NCBI GenBank assembly: GCA_964035545.1
Contig: OZ037772.1
Location: 744,001-808,000 of the forward strand
Source: Bugula neritina
Lineage: Eukaryota; Animalia; Bryozoa
Direction of reading: 5' to 3'
Length of the DNA: 64,000 bases
The notes under the pieces were generated by a model. It did not search any database. It was not told the origin of the DNA and saw only the letters and a list, made by a program, of their open reading frames with translations. This document shows, one piece after another, positions 25,531-39,202 of the stretch. The position numbers and the translations under genes were made by a program. The number at the start of each line of letters is the position of its first letter. Position 1 is the stretch's first letter.

Positions 25531-27252
25531 CTACTTACAGTTTCCGTTAGATTTACTAATTACTTTGTCTTTTAGACTAAGAGTACTACAATATGACTAT
25601 GAGTATGACTATGAGTATAGACTATAGTGTATACTATTACTATTAGTATTAGTATTAGTATTAGTATTACTATTATAATTTGTATTGTTGTATGAGTAAT
25701 TAGTATTATCTTCTTTCACTCATTGCACTACATTTACTATAAGTATAAGTATAATTATAACTATAAACTTAAAGTGTAAGTTACTATATTAATATTACTG
25801 CACTACTATAACTGTCAGTATTACTTTTAGCGTTACAGTTGGTCTTACTGCCAGTGCCAGGTCTGCTACCAACATCATTAAATTTATTTATAATGATAAT
25901 ATTGCCATTGGTGATTATCACACAATATTATTGATTATCGACATAGCTCGACTTTGTTAAGTCAATATTTAACAAGTTGGTTTTATAATACTAATACCAA
26001 TAGGTTTATTATAACCAGTGAGTCGCTTATTTTTACTTTGTGAATTTATGATTGTAGCATTTTCATACTTATAATATTTATTGCAAATTTTTGAATTAAT
26101 GTTACACTTACTCAATTTGAATATCAGAATATCTTACCACTGGCACTAGTCAGTTATTAATTAATGACAGTGCATAGTGATCACTGCATGTGATACATTG
26201 TCATACCCTGCACATCCCAATGCACTGCCCTTCTGGATTCATTGTGAATAGCGTATTCGGTTGGCTTATATTATTTTACTCAGCTTTGATTATACAACTA
26301 ACACGTACTGCACTGCTCTAATTTATGTAACAATGCTTGCTAGTTGCTGCTATCTTTACCTCTATATTTCTGTCATTCAAAAACTAACATAATTACATAA
26401 TAGGTACATAATTGGAATTTGACTATTCTATAAATTACTGAGAATATATGGTTAGCCACATTTATATGATGTACTCTTGTTGTAGACATAAAATATGAGG
26501 TTAGTGTTAATAAATCATTTGCTAGGTAAGAGTGTAGAATAAATAATTGACTAGAGATGAGTGTAGAAGCTGCCAACTCATGAAACAACTACACCTGATC
26601 TAACAGAAGCACAAACATGTTAAATTAGTTTGTTTCACACCACCATAGTTTCTATTAGATGATTAGAATAGCAAACTAGCCGTTGATGGCATGTTTCCTG
26701 GCTGGTCAAAGGATTAGCCAATGCATCACCAATATTCCAGAGATGTTAAAATAAGTTTTTTAATTTAGATTATTAAGATAACAAATAATTTTTAACACCC
26801 AGCACAAAATATTTTATGAGACTATGTTTTCTCCCACTGCTATGTTTCCCCCTGTTTTGTGTCTTAGCGTGAGCCCACTCTACATATTAGAAACACTTGA
26901 TTAGTGATGTTCAATAGAAGTAGAATAATAGTGTTCACTGAAGCACACAACATTGCTTCATATTTACTGTATGTGGAGTTTGAGTCACCAGCAATAAACT
27001 ATTCAGTGATTACAAAGGAAACAATACAGCCTTTGTTAGAGAGTTAAAGCTGTGAGCTCAGCATGTTGTAACTGGCTATCATGTATACCAGTGTTATTAA
27101 CTGCCTTTGTTTAACATTATTTTTCACTTTATTTTGTATGGTTTGTTGTTAATGGTTAAGTCTTTGATTTGGAAACCTTCACAGATGTGGTGTGAAATAT
27201 TATGCTAAGAGTATGTGCATCTTTTACAGGATTTCCTTATTATATAACCAAG

Positions 27253-30200
27253 ATGGCAGAATCCAGAGTCGTGAAAAAGAGACTCAACAATTCGTATCGC
27301 TGTGGGTACTGCTCGCAGTACTTCAACAAACTTGAAGATCCCAGAACTCTGCCCTGTCTGCATGTGTACTGCATGAGATGTTTGAAGACTGACATAGGTG
27401 GTAGGAAGGATCATATTAGATGTGCTTATTGTAGGTGAGTTACAGTACATAACACAATATATCATGTCATAGGCTTGCGTATGATTTTCTCACTATCATC
27501 TAGGAGTTGTCTGATCTGTGTCTATGAAAAGCAAACAATACTGTATATTCTATGTGAACTCTGGTTACTAACTTGTGGAGTGTGTGGATATCTTTTCATC
27601 AGGTAGAGAAAGTAACTGTTATGTAGATTGCACCATCAGCTGTCCTCTCTTGTTGATTTGTGGTGCCGTTGGATGTCATGGGAGTCAGGTTGTCTCCCCA
27701 TTATATTATTTTGTTCTCGTACAGTACAATACTTGTTAGAGCAGTGGTTCCCAACCTTGTTCATACCATTCCCACTTTTATACATGTTTACTATTAAGTC
27801 CCCTCCATTTCGTCAATCGGAAATTTTTATGACTGTCATAATGATAATATAGATTACTATGCAATATTTTTCCTATTACATTTGAATATAATATAATTAT
27901 TTCTGATAATTATATTATGCATGTGTAAAACACAGAGCAGTTCAATTATTAATATTATGGCTGCAGCTGATGATATTGTACCAGCTTGCTTTCAAACCTT
28001 CCACCCCAACCCCTAAACCCCAACCCCAATATTGTAATTAAAAACACATTCATGTAGAAGTAGACTGAGATGGCAGAACTGGTTAAATAGATAAGCTAAG
28101 ATGAATGCTTATAGATATACATGTACATGTAACTTGCAAGAGCTCAAAAGTCTTCAACAAACTGCTTGAAATTTTCAAAATCGAAATCCAGGCTCCCCCT
28201 AAAATGCCCAAATTCCCTCTTATAGGGGGATTCTCCCAGGTTGGGAACCACTGTGTTGAATTGACTTGTGTTTACTATCTTCTTTCCTGTGATTAGAAAC
28301 ATGTATGATGTTGTCATGACAACAGAGTTGCTGTGGCACAAAGTACAGTTTACTAGTATGTAGTGATTGTGTAGTGAGAGTGGAGTGTCTGGTTATTGTC
28401 CCTGGTTATGTGTGATCTGTAAGGAGTAGAATTATATTATTTTAATATAATGTTGAGAGAGGTACTTTTATAATGGCAGTTTGCTCAATAGCTTTAGTTC
28501 TATTGCGATAGACTCATAGCTCTGGAGTCTAGCAGCTGTTACTATTACCACTAGCTGTTCAAAATTCTGCCAACATCCGGGCTGCCAAAGCATAATAGCC
28601 ATTGACAAGGCCAAGCAGTCACTAGGAAATTATTTGACTAAAGAGCAGGTCTTATGACAATTAGTAGTCAGTCCCTTAGACAGGAATCAGTGATTCTGTG
28701 ACCTATTTAGTTAAATCCAATGCTGACCTTTTGATTGATTATTAGATAGCCATCACAATTTTATTTGGTACAATATAATATTATGGGGTGTCAATCAGTG
28801 TCTAATATAGTCTGTGAATTGAGTGTCTCCTTTAGCTTTGATGAGTTGATTACTTCTTCTACCATCAGTCAGTTGTATTGAGTGTTACTTTGTATTGAGT
28901 CATGAATAGTGTTGAAGATTTGGGCCTATATTATGCCAACCCCCCCCCTCTGACTTAGACTGAGACCCAACCTGCTGCACATACATAGTAGTACTACACT
29001 GAAGATAGTTAACATGTGTATATATCATATACATATATATATATATATATATAACATAATTATATATATACATGCATATATCATCCTACTAGTAATGGAT
29101 TACTAAGTACAAGTTATCCTATGACTCACTCTTCTTATGCTAGCTGCACGAGATAGACAACACTCACACGTGACACGAACTCACAGTGCACTAGCTCTTG
29201 ACACATTGCCAAGGATGATGAAATGACAGTTTCGCGCCACTCCTAGCAGTTAGAGTGGCAGGGAATAGTTGTAGTATGTTGTAGTATTGGATCCTCAGAA
29301 TTCACTCCTCAGTAATTAGTTGCATTGCACAAACTTGCAACAATAGTGAATAATTATTGACAATATGGCCTCCACTTAGTAGTAAACTAGTAATTTATCT
29401 ATCATTTTACAATACAAGTTACAGTTGAGTCTATTTGTTGAGTAGCAGTTCTTTGTCATGAGTGACTATTTTCCAGCATATTAGTACATAATATAGTCAA
29501 GTGTGTTTTTGTGATAGCCTGTGGTCTATATAATGAATGTGTGTTGATGAGTGATGAGTATTTATTTGAGTATTTGTCAAGGACACAGCTGTGTGTGTGG
29601 ATGGAGTATTTCATTACTTGAGATATACTAAACACAGCTAACACAGATAACATACTGATTGCTATATATTGTAGGAAAGATCACTATGACATCACAGATC
29701 CCACAACACTACCAGTAGCTCAGCATGGAGACCCCTTAGAATACAAGTCTCCACCCAAACCTGCACCCATTCCCTGCGATGTGTGTAAAGGTGGAACACA
29801 AGCTGCTGTGTTTTGTCTTGAGAGTCAAAAAAAGTTGTGTCAGCAGCATCAAGAAGTGAGTCTTTCTTATATAATTTCTCAAGATTAGTTACTAAACCAG
29901 TTCTGGTTTGTATGTAGAATATTATTGAAAAGAAATGTTGAGTCTGTGTGACTTTTTATACTAAACACACAGTTTCACAGTGCAGTGAGTCAACTATGAC
30001 AGACTTGTTGGTGAAAATACAACCAACTAAACTGTTGACCTTTATTATACAGAATCACAGGGAGCTGATGGGAGATAGACATCAGTTTATTGACATTGAG
30101 GTCTACAGAGCTTCTCCCCAAAGATATACTATCACTGAATGTGAACATCATAAAGAGGAACAGCTGACAGAAGTGTGTTCCAAGTGTCACCAGATATTCT

Positions 30201-33200
30201 GTATGAGATGTGATATGAGGACTGGCTGTAAGGATAAGACAGGTATTTACTTGCTGTTTCTATTTCTGTAGAAAGAAACTGGGAAATATTACAAGAACCT
30301 GTTTATTATTTTATTATTAAAGTGAGTTATGCAACAGTAAAAGAGGAAGTCAGTTTGTCAGCATTAGGGTTTGTGTGAGACAGAAGTGGATAGTGCAGGA
30401 GTTGATATTCTCACTGTTATGTTGAATATTTAGTATATTTCATCCTTCAAGTGTCTGTTTCCTTGATAAGATGGTATAGGCATAGCTTTAACTCAGTGGT
30501 GTCTCACCTTCTTCATACCATCCTCCTTTTTATGATTATTTTCTATTAAGTTTTCCGCCTTTTTGATAAAATTGTAATTTCATTTATAAAGAAAATCTGG
30601 GACAGGTTGTTTTCCTAATAATTCATTGAATGTAGAAAAAAGCAGCTAGAGTAGAGTGAATATTAGACACATGGATGTAGAAGTAAACTTAGATTGTAGA
30701 GTGTAATGTGGATAAATAAATGAACTACATAAAATGAAGGAGTTATAATTATACATATTCATGTAACCTGGAACACAAGGCAAGAGCTCAAAAAGCTGGT
30801 AACAAACTCTGTGAAATTTTAGAAATGAAAACCCCTAAAAAACTCAAATTTCCTGTGAAGGGGAAATTCCCCAAGGTTGAGAGCCACTGCTTTAATTTTT
30901 TCAACTATTTCATTCCAAGTGCAGTGATTAATGAGCTAACCTCTGACATCTTTCTAGTCCAAGTTCAACTGTCTATAGTTATTACATAGTATGTGTGTAG
31001 TGATACATCATCAACCTGTAGGTACAAGTAGCAGGTGTAGAATAAGTACAATATCACATCTATAATAATGTTTTTATAAATAGTGTGATTTTATGTATAC
31101 AGAGGAGACAGTAGCATCCCATGACTTGGCATCTTTGAGTGATTTGTCTTGTGAGTTACGAGAAAGTCTGACTGGTGGAATAGAGACTCTGTCTGAGAAA
31201 GTTGCAAAGTTGAATGACATCTCAAAGGATGCCTGGAAAGAACTGAGTAAAATAGAAGATGAAGTGAAGAAGATGGTTGCCAGAGTAAACGCTGTAGCTG
31301 ACGCTCAGGTATGCTGACATGGTGATGCCATGTAATATTATTTCTGTTTGTCTGAAATTGGAATTTGCATTTGGTCTTTGAGTTGTAATCAGAAATGAAT
31401 TTCATTTGCCACTAGAATTAACTGGCCATTAAAGTATTATCATTCTGTGTACAAGTAGCAGTAGTCATTCATCACATGTTACTCAGTGCAGAGGAACCTG
31501 TCAATACAGATGACTCACTCATCCTTCTGCAACTGTCAATCACTCACACACAGAGGTTGGCTGGGTGAGTGATTGACAGGTGTCAGGAGGAGGAGACTAG
31601 TCACGTGATGTACTAGCTCTCTGCTGTGTATAGAGTGTCACGTGACTGAGTCATTGTCCACTCAGTGGGTGATCTGTCACTTTCATTTCCAGTGTAGAGG
31701 TTGTGAGGTACAGATGTGGTTACACTGTGTTACTATTTATTAGATAGAAAAGATTAGAAAGAGAGCTACAAACCTGAGGCTAGAAATATATGGATATTTG
31801 AAGAGCTGCACACAGATAGTGGATAATTATAGAATAGAGCTGGCCTTGAGTAAGACAATGGGCAGACAGTCTCTGCTGGACACAGTACAACATGCAGTTG
31901 ATAAGTTCAATGATGCAGGGATTGTGAGAGACTACAAAGAGCTGAGTGAGAAGGTGGAAAAGGCGTCAGATATTGGTGTAATAGAGAAGTGTGTACTTCC
32001 AGACAGCATCTTGTTACCAACATGTAGGTGGAGTCTATAAATAGTAACACTAACTATAAATAACTTTCTGCTTGTAATCATGTGAGTTGTTTTCACTGAA
32101 TATTTGAATAGTAGAATAAGTAGATAGAGTTTATTTATTAGAGAATTGAGTTTTGTTCTACTCTCACATTATGAGACATTTCTGCAGTGTTTCAGAGTTT
32201 ATGATGTATAAGTGAGCTGCTAAACTGTGTTATGCTGACTACCTGCTGTCAGTATTAACAAGATATTCTCACTTAGACCTGTGCATCACGTAGCAACTTG
32301 TAGTAACTACAGACTGCTTGTATTTAAAACATTTTTTTATTTCAAGTTTGAAAAGCTGTTCCCTACTTCTTCAGGTGATGAGATTCTCAAGTTATAGAAT
32401 TGTTATTTTGTTGTTCCAGTCAGTGAAGACAGTCTGGGACTGAAGCTGCTGCAGCCACCATCTTCTCTCCAGTCTGATGGACTTCCTGTACGTGACTCGT
32501 GTACCTCAGTAAACATCTCAGCTGATGGACATCTCATGTGTCGGACACGAGAAGGTGTAGAAGTAATAAATAGAGACACTCTGGATACTATCAGCCCAGT
32601 GAAGGACACCAACACTACAGTGTGGGGGGAGATAATCCAACCTGAAGGGGTGATGGTTGGCAGCTGGTATAACATAGAGGAGGAAACAGCTGAAGCCTCA
32701 CTTCTTGATCCGAACTCCTTTGAGAAGACTCGCTCCCTCTACAAGCAGCCATTAGGTGTACCTGCTTACTATAGAATAGCTCAGCACGACTCACTGCTCT
32801 GTATTGTAGACATGATAGAGAAACAGCTGGTAGTCTGTAACCTAGTTGACAATAAAATGCAGAAGTTCCCACTTCCTGAGATGGAGAACCCTGACCCTGT
32901 ATGCATCCTCCCAGACTCATCTCTCCTCATTGGAGACCGTACTGCAGATGGTAAAGTGAGAAGATATAAAGTGGAGAACACAACTCTCACTCTAATGTGG
33001 GAGTTTCCTCACATCTCATATCCAACTGGTATTTCCTTTGATCCAACATCTGAACTGATTCACATCTGTACATGGCTAGGACCTCTCCTCATCCTCTCAC
33101 TTGAAGGTAAATACTCTGTTTATTATAGTAAGTTTAGTTATTTTATATATAATTATGTTGTAGTAAATAATATATTTTAATAATTAACAGTAAACAACTT

Positions 33201-34240
33201 CCACTCATAAGATATATTATGATATTGTTAGTATTTATCAAGTCACTGATATTATTTTTAGCTAAAAGTTATGTAATAAAGACTGTAACATGCTGATAGT
33301 AGATGTTATATTCTTCATCACATGACTTGTAGCTAATAATAATATTATTGAATAATACTGCCTCCCTACAATAAGTTTATTTCCAGCTGCAGTAACATGC
33401 AGGATGTAAGCACAGGTAAAAGTGTATATTATATTGTATAGGTTTAAGGTGTACTCTGTGTAGTGTGCAGTGAGCTCTTAGTAAACTCTCTATTCAGTCT
33501 TCCTTTCCAAGGGTTCACCTGGTAGTGTAGAGGATAGGGACTCCACACTGCTGAGTGAGTTGGTGCTGCAAGGGGTTCAAACCCACCTATCAGCATGTCT
33601 AGTTAGTATACTATGCAAGTGTTTTACAGTAATTTTAGAGGTGCTCAGTCTAACAACTGTACAGACTGCCAGCTACACATGAGTTATGAGTTGTAGTTTG
33701 ACTTCAGTCTAGTGCTGCTATTGTTTTGGTCATCAGATAATTTAAATGTTAATAATTTGATACTTTTTGACTGCCATTACTGAGACTATGTAATTTGATG
33801 ATGGCTGGTAGAGCAGTGTTTGCTGGTGGGACTCAGGTGGCTGTGGTTGGTTCTTGTCAAGTATTTAATATGTGATAATGTTGGAGTAGCTGCAGTATTA
33901 TTAGAAGTAGACACGTGGGTGTGTTCTTGCTCAGAGCCACAGGCTAAGTTTATGGGTCAAGGTCAATATTGTTGTATAACGAGACACTGTTTTCTATTTG
34001 AGTATTTACTTCATGCATGTAACCTGCTTAGTTGCATCTTTAAAGGCAGTCTGTCTGTTTCTCTCAATACACACCAACTGATACAATATGATGCTATTAT
34101 TTACAGGTCAACTGGTGCTTACTGTTCCCAGAGAAAGTCTTGGTGTTAGTGACTGGGTGTTTGACATTGCTGCGTATAACAGAGACACAGTGTTTTTAGC
34201 ATGTGTAGATGGTCTGAGGAGATACACAATAAAATACTAA
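27253..34240 (+). CDS. TRIM-like E3 ubiquitin ligase (RING, B-box1, B-box2, coiled coil, C-terminal NHL-like beta-propeller), ~619 aa, 7 coding exons
   Basis: Exons 27253-27434 (C3HC4 RING: CGYC..PRTLPCLHVYCMRC..CAYC), 29675-29855 (B-box1), 30053-30242 (B-box2: CEHH..CSKC..CMRC), 31103-31308, 31744-32023/32027 (coiled coil), 32420/32424-33106 (propeller: PDPVCILPDSSLLIGD, PTGISFDP) and 34107-34240 (TAA). All junctions are GT-AG and phase-compatible, with no stops. AATAAA at 34418. Confidence 0.9.
27742..28253. mobile_element. hAT-type MITE in TRIM intron
   Basis: TIRs CAGTGGTTCCCAACC / GGTTGGGAACCACTG; the TSD is degenerate. Confidence 0.88.
30494..30889. mobile_element. hAT-type MITE, same family as 27742-28253
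   Basis: cagtggtgtctcacc...ggttgagagccactg; TSD ctttaact/ctttaatt; shares the internal caagagctcaaaa segment. Confidence 0.8.
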
Positions 34241-34960
34241 ACTTATCAGCTACAGTCTACTAATAATCAGCTCAGTGAGGTACTGAGAGATAAATTGGAT
34301 AATATTTGTCATCAACATAATTATATTCATTACAATTCATCAATACACACACTCTGTATTTATAGTTGGATATGAGATGTTTTACTGTATCAAATATATG
34401 TTGCTATTTTACCATCTAATAAAGTTTATTTGTTAGTGAAAACATAGTCTGTTTTCATGCCTCATTAGCTTTAGTTCAAGTTGAGTTTGGTTAGTAAAAA
34501 TAATCTATACTGGAGCAGTAACTGTAAATGACTTGTTTGTGGGAGAATTTATTCACTGAATTGACATGCAGGTGCAAGTACCTCCAACATGACTAAGTAA
34601 ATTTATTCCAACCATTCATAATATACATTCCATTGCTGTGTACAACAGCATTGAGTAGCCAATCAAATTGTTTCTTGTCACGCAATCAGGAATCTGATAA
34701 ATAATATATAAGGCAATCAACTAGATATAAACACTGTATTACTCTACACATGAGCTGTCTATGATACAGCTGTTTTGTAAACTGTGTGTAATTTGATGAG
34801 TTTAGTTCAATTGGTTGCAGTTTAATTATGACATGTTCCCCATTCACCTGGTAGAAATACCTTGTGTGCACAGACAAGTTGTAATGACTAACAGAAACTT
34901 TTTCAGTAGGTTCCAGTTCATCTTGAATATAATAGTACAGCTTGTTGTCATTTGGTCTCC

Positions 34961-35385
34961 ATAGTATTGATGGTACACTACCTTGTTTGGCCTTAATATT
35001 ATAGATGGTATATTACCTTGTTTGGCCTCAATAGTATTGTTGGTAGACTACCTTGTTTAGCCTCACTAGTATTGATGGTACACTACCTTGTCTGGCCTTA
35101 ATATTATAGATGGTACATTACCTTGTTTGGCCTCAATAGTGTTGATGGTACACTACCTTGTTTGGCCTCAATAGTATTGGTGGTAGACTACCTTGTTTGG
35201 CCTCAATAGTATTGATGGTATACTACCTTGTTTAGCCTCAATAGTGTTGATGGTAGACTACCTTGTTTGGCCTCAATAGTATTGATGGTATACTACTTTG
35301 TTTGGCCCTAATAGTATAGATGGTACACTACCTTGTTTGGCCCTAATAGTATAGATGGTACACTACCTTGTTTGGCCTCAATAGT
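34961..35385. repeat. 35-bp minisatellite, ~12 units
   Basis: Unit ATAGTATTGATGGTACACTACCTTGTTTGGCCTCA, with no unique spacers. Confidence 0.96.
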
Positions 35386-35749
35386 CTTGCTAACAGCACA
35401 ACTTACAAGATTCAACTAATTTAACTTGTTGAGATTAACATGAATATAATACATATGAAATGTGAAAATAGCATTAAAAGTCAAGCAAGGAATTCACATG
35501 TTGACACAATTATATACTTTCACTTGAAGGTAAGCTTGATGAACCAATATGAACTGTTCACAGAGTTTACTGTGTAGGATTTGCACCTAGAATATTTAGT
35601 TACATCAGAGCTAAGTGAAAAATCTAACAGTTGATTTATTCTGTTGAGTATTGATTTTATTACCCAACTTCACCCTTTTTACTGTAGAGTTTGTTGATGT
35701 AAGTTCACTTAATTAAACTATTCTCATGCAAGGGGTGGGGGTGGAATAT

Positions 35750-36144
35750 TATTGTGAATTTATGCTTTACTTGTTATTATAGGGTCTATTTAGGCAAAGC
35801 TATTTCACCAGGTTTGTGATTGCTAACACTTTATTCTATTTATTTCAAGATACTAATAAAACTGTACAACTATCAAAAACACGTTCCATAATAAAAGAGA
35901 GAATATACAAGACTTTACAATAACAATTCCAAGTGCTCTCTGCCTGCTAGTCAAATAGACTAGGGCCCACTACAAGTATTCAGCTCCGCCTACTACTAAT
36001 TATTAACAGTCACTGATTGGCCATCACGATGGCACCATCACACTAGTTGATCTGCATGCTGCAAAATGCATCATGTCCTCTAGTTAAAGTGTGTGCACGG
36101 AGTTATCATTTCGATATAATAACATAATATACAAAATCTCTGCA
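35750..36144 (-). mobile_element. Diverged solo LTR related to the Gypsy 3' LTR at 57257-57666
   Basis: Collinear motifs: gtgaattt..ttatt..gggtcta.tta..caaagc; ccaag..ctctgcc.gctag; actac.agta..agctcc.cct; ctgattgg; aaaatct..ca. Boundaries are approximate. Confidence 0.55.
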
Positions 36145-37099
36145 ATATGCCACCTGGGATATCTGTATGATAAACTTAACCAATCAACTAGCAGCATCTT
36201 CACTATTCAATGAAATTATCAAACTATATTATTTAACTGTAACATTATCCTAGTGAAACCTCTCAACTGTTCCTCCTATTCACTAATCATCAAATTATTC
36301 TCCTCTACCAAATCAATACATTGTGCAGACTCCATATTTAATCTCCTCTACATACAGTTTATATTCCAGCTATCAGAGTCATGATTCTACATCACATGAA
36401 TGTTCTCTACTTTAACAAGAGAATAGCCAACTATAAAAACCTGCTATAGCACACAATATAGCAACCTGTTATAACATGACACACAGTACATCAATATTCA
36501 TTCACTACACAAAATATCTCAATACACATAACAACTGGAGCTGCTGAAGTTCAATGGCTTATACAAGTTGAATTGAACAAAACACTACGTTGTTCTTCAG
36601 CATATCAACTAGTATGAGTAGTGTGGAGAGATCTTTTATATATATAAAAACTTGTGTTTGAAGGAAATATTAAATTATATTATTCCTCTTAGCATCACAT
36701 GTAGCATGAATATCAACTTATAGTTAGTGAGTTACTAGAAGTTTCTTTGTAACGGAAACCAGTCCGGGTTCCCCTGCAGTTCCATCTCAACGAGTCTGGC
36801 CTGAGCTGAGGTCACCGCATGATGACATCATTCACTAGGTTCTTCTTGGTGTCTGGAAATTTTCTACCAGTTACTCCAGTGACTGAAAATGAAGTACTAA
36901 TACCAGTGACTCGGTCTCAAACTTACTTACTGAGTCATTGTGATTATTAGTTGATGACTTAATGTTTTAGTGAAGTTATAGTTATAGTTAACTTATAGTC
37001 CTACTGACACTAATAGCTAATGTGCCATTCAGTCTCATCTTCATTCTCAGTAATTGTAATACTGATATTAAGACTAACTAACGCCTAATGCTAAGTTCA

Positions 37100-37206
37100 A
37101 CTACTAATTATTACACTACTAGTACTACTACTACTACTAGAAGTAGTGGTGGTGGCGGTAGCGGTAGCAGTAGTAATGGGAGTACTAGTATTATTAGTAG
37201 TAGTAT

Positions 37207-37251
<45 letters not shown>

Positions 37252-37290
37252 TAGTACTAGTAGTAGTAGTAGTAGTATTAGTAGTAGTAT
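37100..37290. repeat. (ACT)n/(AGT)n simple repeat
   Basis: Direct inspection; source of the poly-Ser/Thr ORFs. Confidence 0.95.
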
Positions 37291-37423
37291 GACAGCGCTT
37301 CTTCATAGGATCTGCCAGTCACCCAGTAGTTGTTGTCACTAAACTATGTAAAATATATAGAGGTTAAAAGGTCACTAAACTATGTGAAATATATAGAGGT
37401 CAAGAGGTCACCAGACTATCACC

Positions 37424-37585
37424 AACTTTCCATGTACCAATCTCAGATCGATCTCAGCGAGATCGATCCATGGAAAGACGCCAAAGATCGATCTCCGTCG
37501 ATCTGAGCTGGTCGGTCTGTGGAGCTCGAACTCAGATCGATCTCATGTCAATAAGACCATGGAAAGACACCAGATCGACCTGAGA
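37424..37585. mobile_element. Probable DNA-transposon (Harbinger-like) terminal remnant with GATCGATC palindromes
   Basis: ctttccatg...catggaaag inverted motif and about six AGATCGA(T/C)C units. Confidence 0.4.
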
Positions 37586-37869
37586 AGTAGAAAAAGACTG
37601 CGTGCTACAATGTTGTCTGCTAATAAAAATGATAACTTATTGATAATTACTAAGCAAAGTATTAAATAATCATGATAGCCGCCTTTTCAGATGCCAAAAC
37701 TTTGACTTTCAGTACAATGATTAAGAAAACTCAATTATATGCAGAAGAAGGTAAAAAAAAATGGGAGAATTTAAATTGAGTTCAAATGACTATATTAAAA
37801 CTCAGTTTCATAAGCTATTTCCTTTGTAATTTTAAGCCTAACAGTCCTGTAAGTTTATTAATAATCTGC

Positions 37870-38067
37870 AAGGGCCACACCCACTCCCGAAAGGGCCACA
37901 CCCACTCCAGAAAGGGCCACACCCACTCCAGAAAGGGTCACACCCACTCCAGAAAGGGTCACACCCACTCCAGAAATGGCCACACCCACTCCGGAAAGAG
38001 CCACACCCACTCTAGAAAGGCCACACCTACTACAGAAAGGGCCACACCCACTTCAGAAATGGCCACA
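37870..38067. repeat. 21-bp minisatellite AAGGGCCACACCCACTCCAGA, ~9 units
   Basis: 7-aa periodicity (KGHTHSR). Confidence 0.96.
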
Positions 38068-38360
38068 TTAGAGGGAATTCATAGTTTATCAACATAAACA
38101 TAGTCTGTGGTAAATATTAGGTCTGTGCTAAACCCACTTGCTTTCTGTAAATAACACCAGACAAAATGAAGAATGACTCATACCTCAGCCTTAGGTTGCC
38201 CCTGGATCTGCACAAAGTAGGCTGGTATTCTGTGCCCCCACCATAGCTGTCTGGAGATACACCAGCCCTTGGAGTTCCTCAGCCATTTGTACCAAGTGAC
38301 TGTGTGATAGTCTGGTATGATCTTTAGCTTGCCTGATTCTACTACCTGCATTATACATTC

Positions 38361-38632
38361 TATACTATAGATATACTATGCTATAGATATACTATGCTAT
38401 AGATATACTATACTATAGATATACTATGCTATAGATATACTATGCTATAGATATACTATGCTATAGATATACTATGCTATAGACATACTATACAGTACTA
38501 ATATATATACTACACAGTACCAATATATTATATACTATACACAGTACTAATATATATACTATACAGTACTAATATATTATATACTATACAGTACTAATAT
38601 ATATACTACACAGTACTAATATATATATACTA
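38361..38632. repeat. Two adjacent AT-rich tandem repeats (ATACTATGCTATAGAT; TACAGTACTAATATATATAC-like)
   Basis: Direct inspection. Confidence 0.9.
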
Positions 38633-38857
38633 ATTGTGAAACAGCCAAAATAGGAAAATAAGACCTTGTAGTGCAGTGAGCAAGGCAAGTTCAAGCCATA
38701 CAACTTTAACATGTTGCATTACAGAAGAAAGACCTGCTTCATTTTGGTAAACAACTATAAGTAATATTGGGAGTTACGCCACCTATGAGTAACAACATGG
38801 AGTTGTGTTTCTTTTCATAAACGCAAAAAGGTAAAAATTACTTGTTTCTTCAAGGTA

Positions 38858-38980
38858 GCATAACTCCTAATTGTGTGACATATTTCTAAGTTGAAATGGT
38901 TTTTCCTTGCATTATATAATATATAATGCAAGGAAAAACCATATCAACTTAGAAATATGTCACACAATTAGGAGTTATGC
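38858..38980. repeat. Near-perfect 123-bp palindrome (61-bp arms, 1-nt centre, 1 mismatch)
   Basis: gcataactcctaattgtgtgac...gcattatata A tatataatgc...gtcacacaattaggagttatgc. Confidence 0.95.
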
Positions 38981-39202
38981 CGCCTCTTTGTCAAAAACAC
39001 GGAATACAAGATTCACACACCAAACAGTACTCAGTGCTATATGAATAGACTCCAATATAGTTCTCCCTCCGTATCTCAGTAAGCTGAGAGACCTGACACC
39101 TCAATTCATGACACAGTAGAATTCTTACCTTAGCAGAATACCATATTTAACACACGGATCTGTTAAATTATTTTGTCCCTACACACAAAAGGCTTTGAAA
39201 AC

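Noticed and set aside
34961-35385. 35-bp repeat array resembling CRISPR repeat length (also 39203-39737, 47666-47975)
   Set aside because: Units are head-to-tail with no unique spacers, there are no cas genes and the context is eukaryotic; these are minisatellites.
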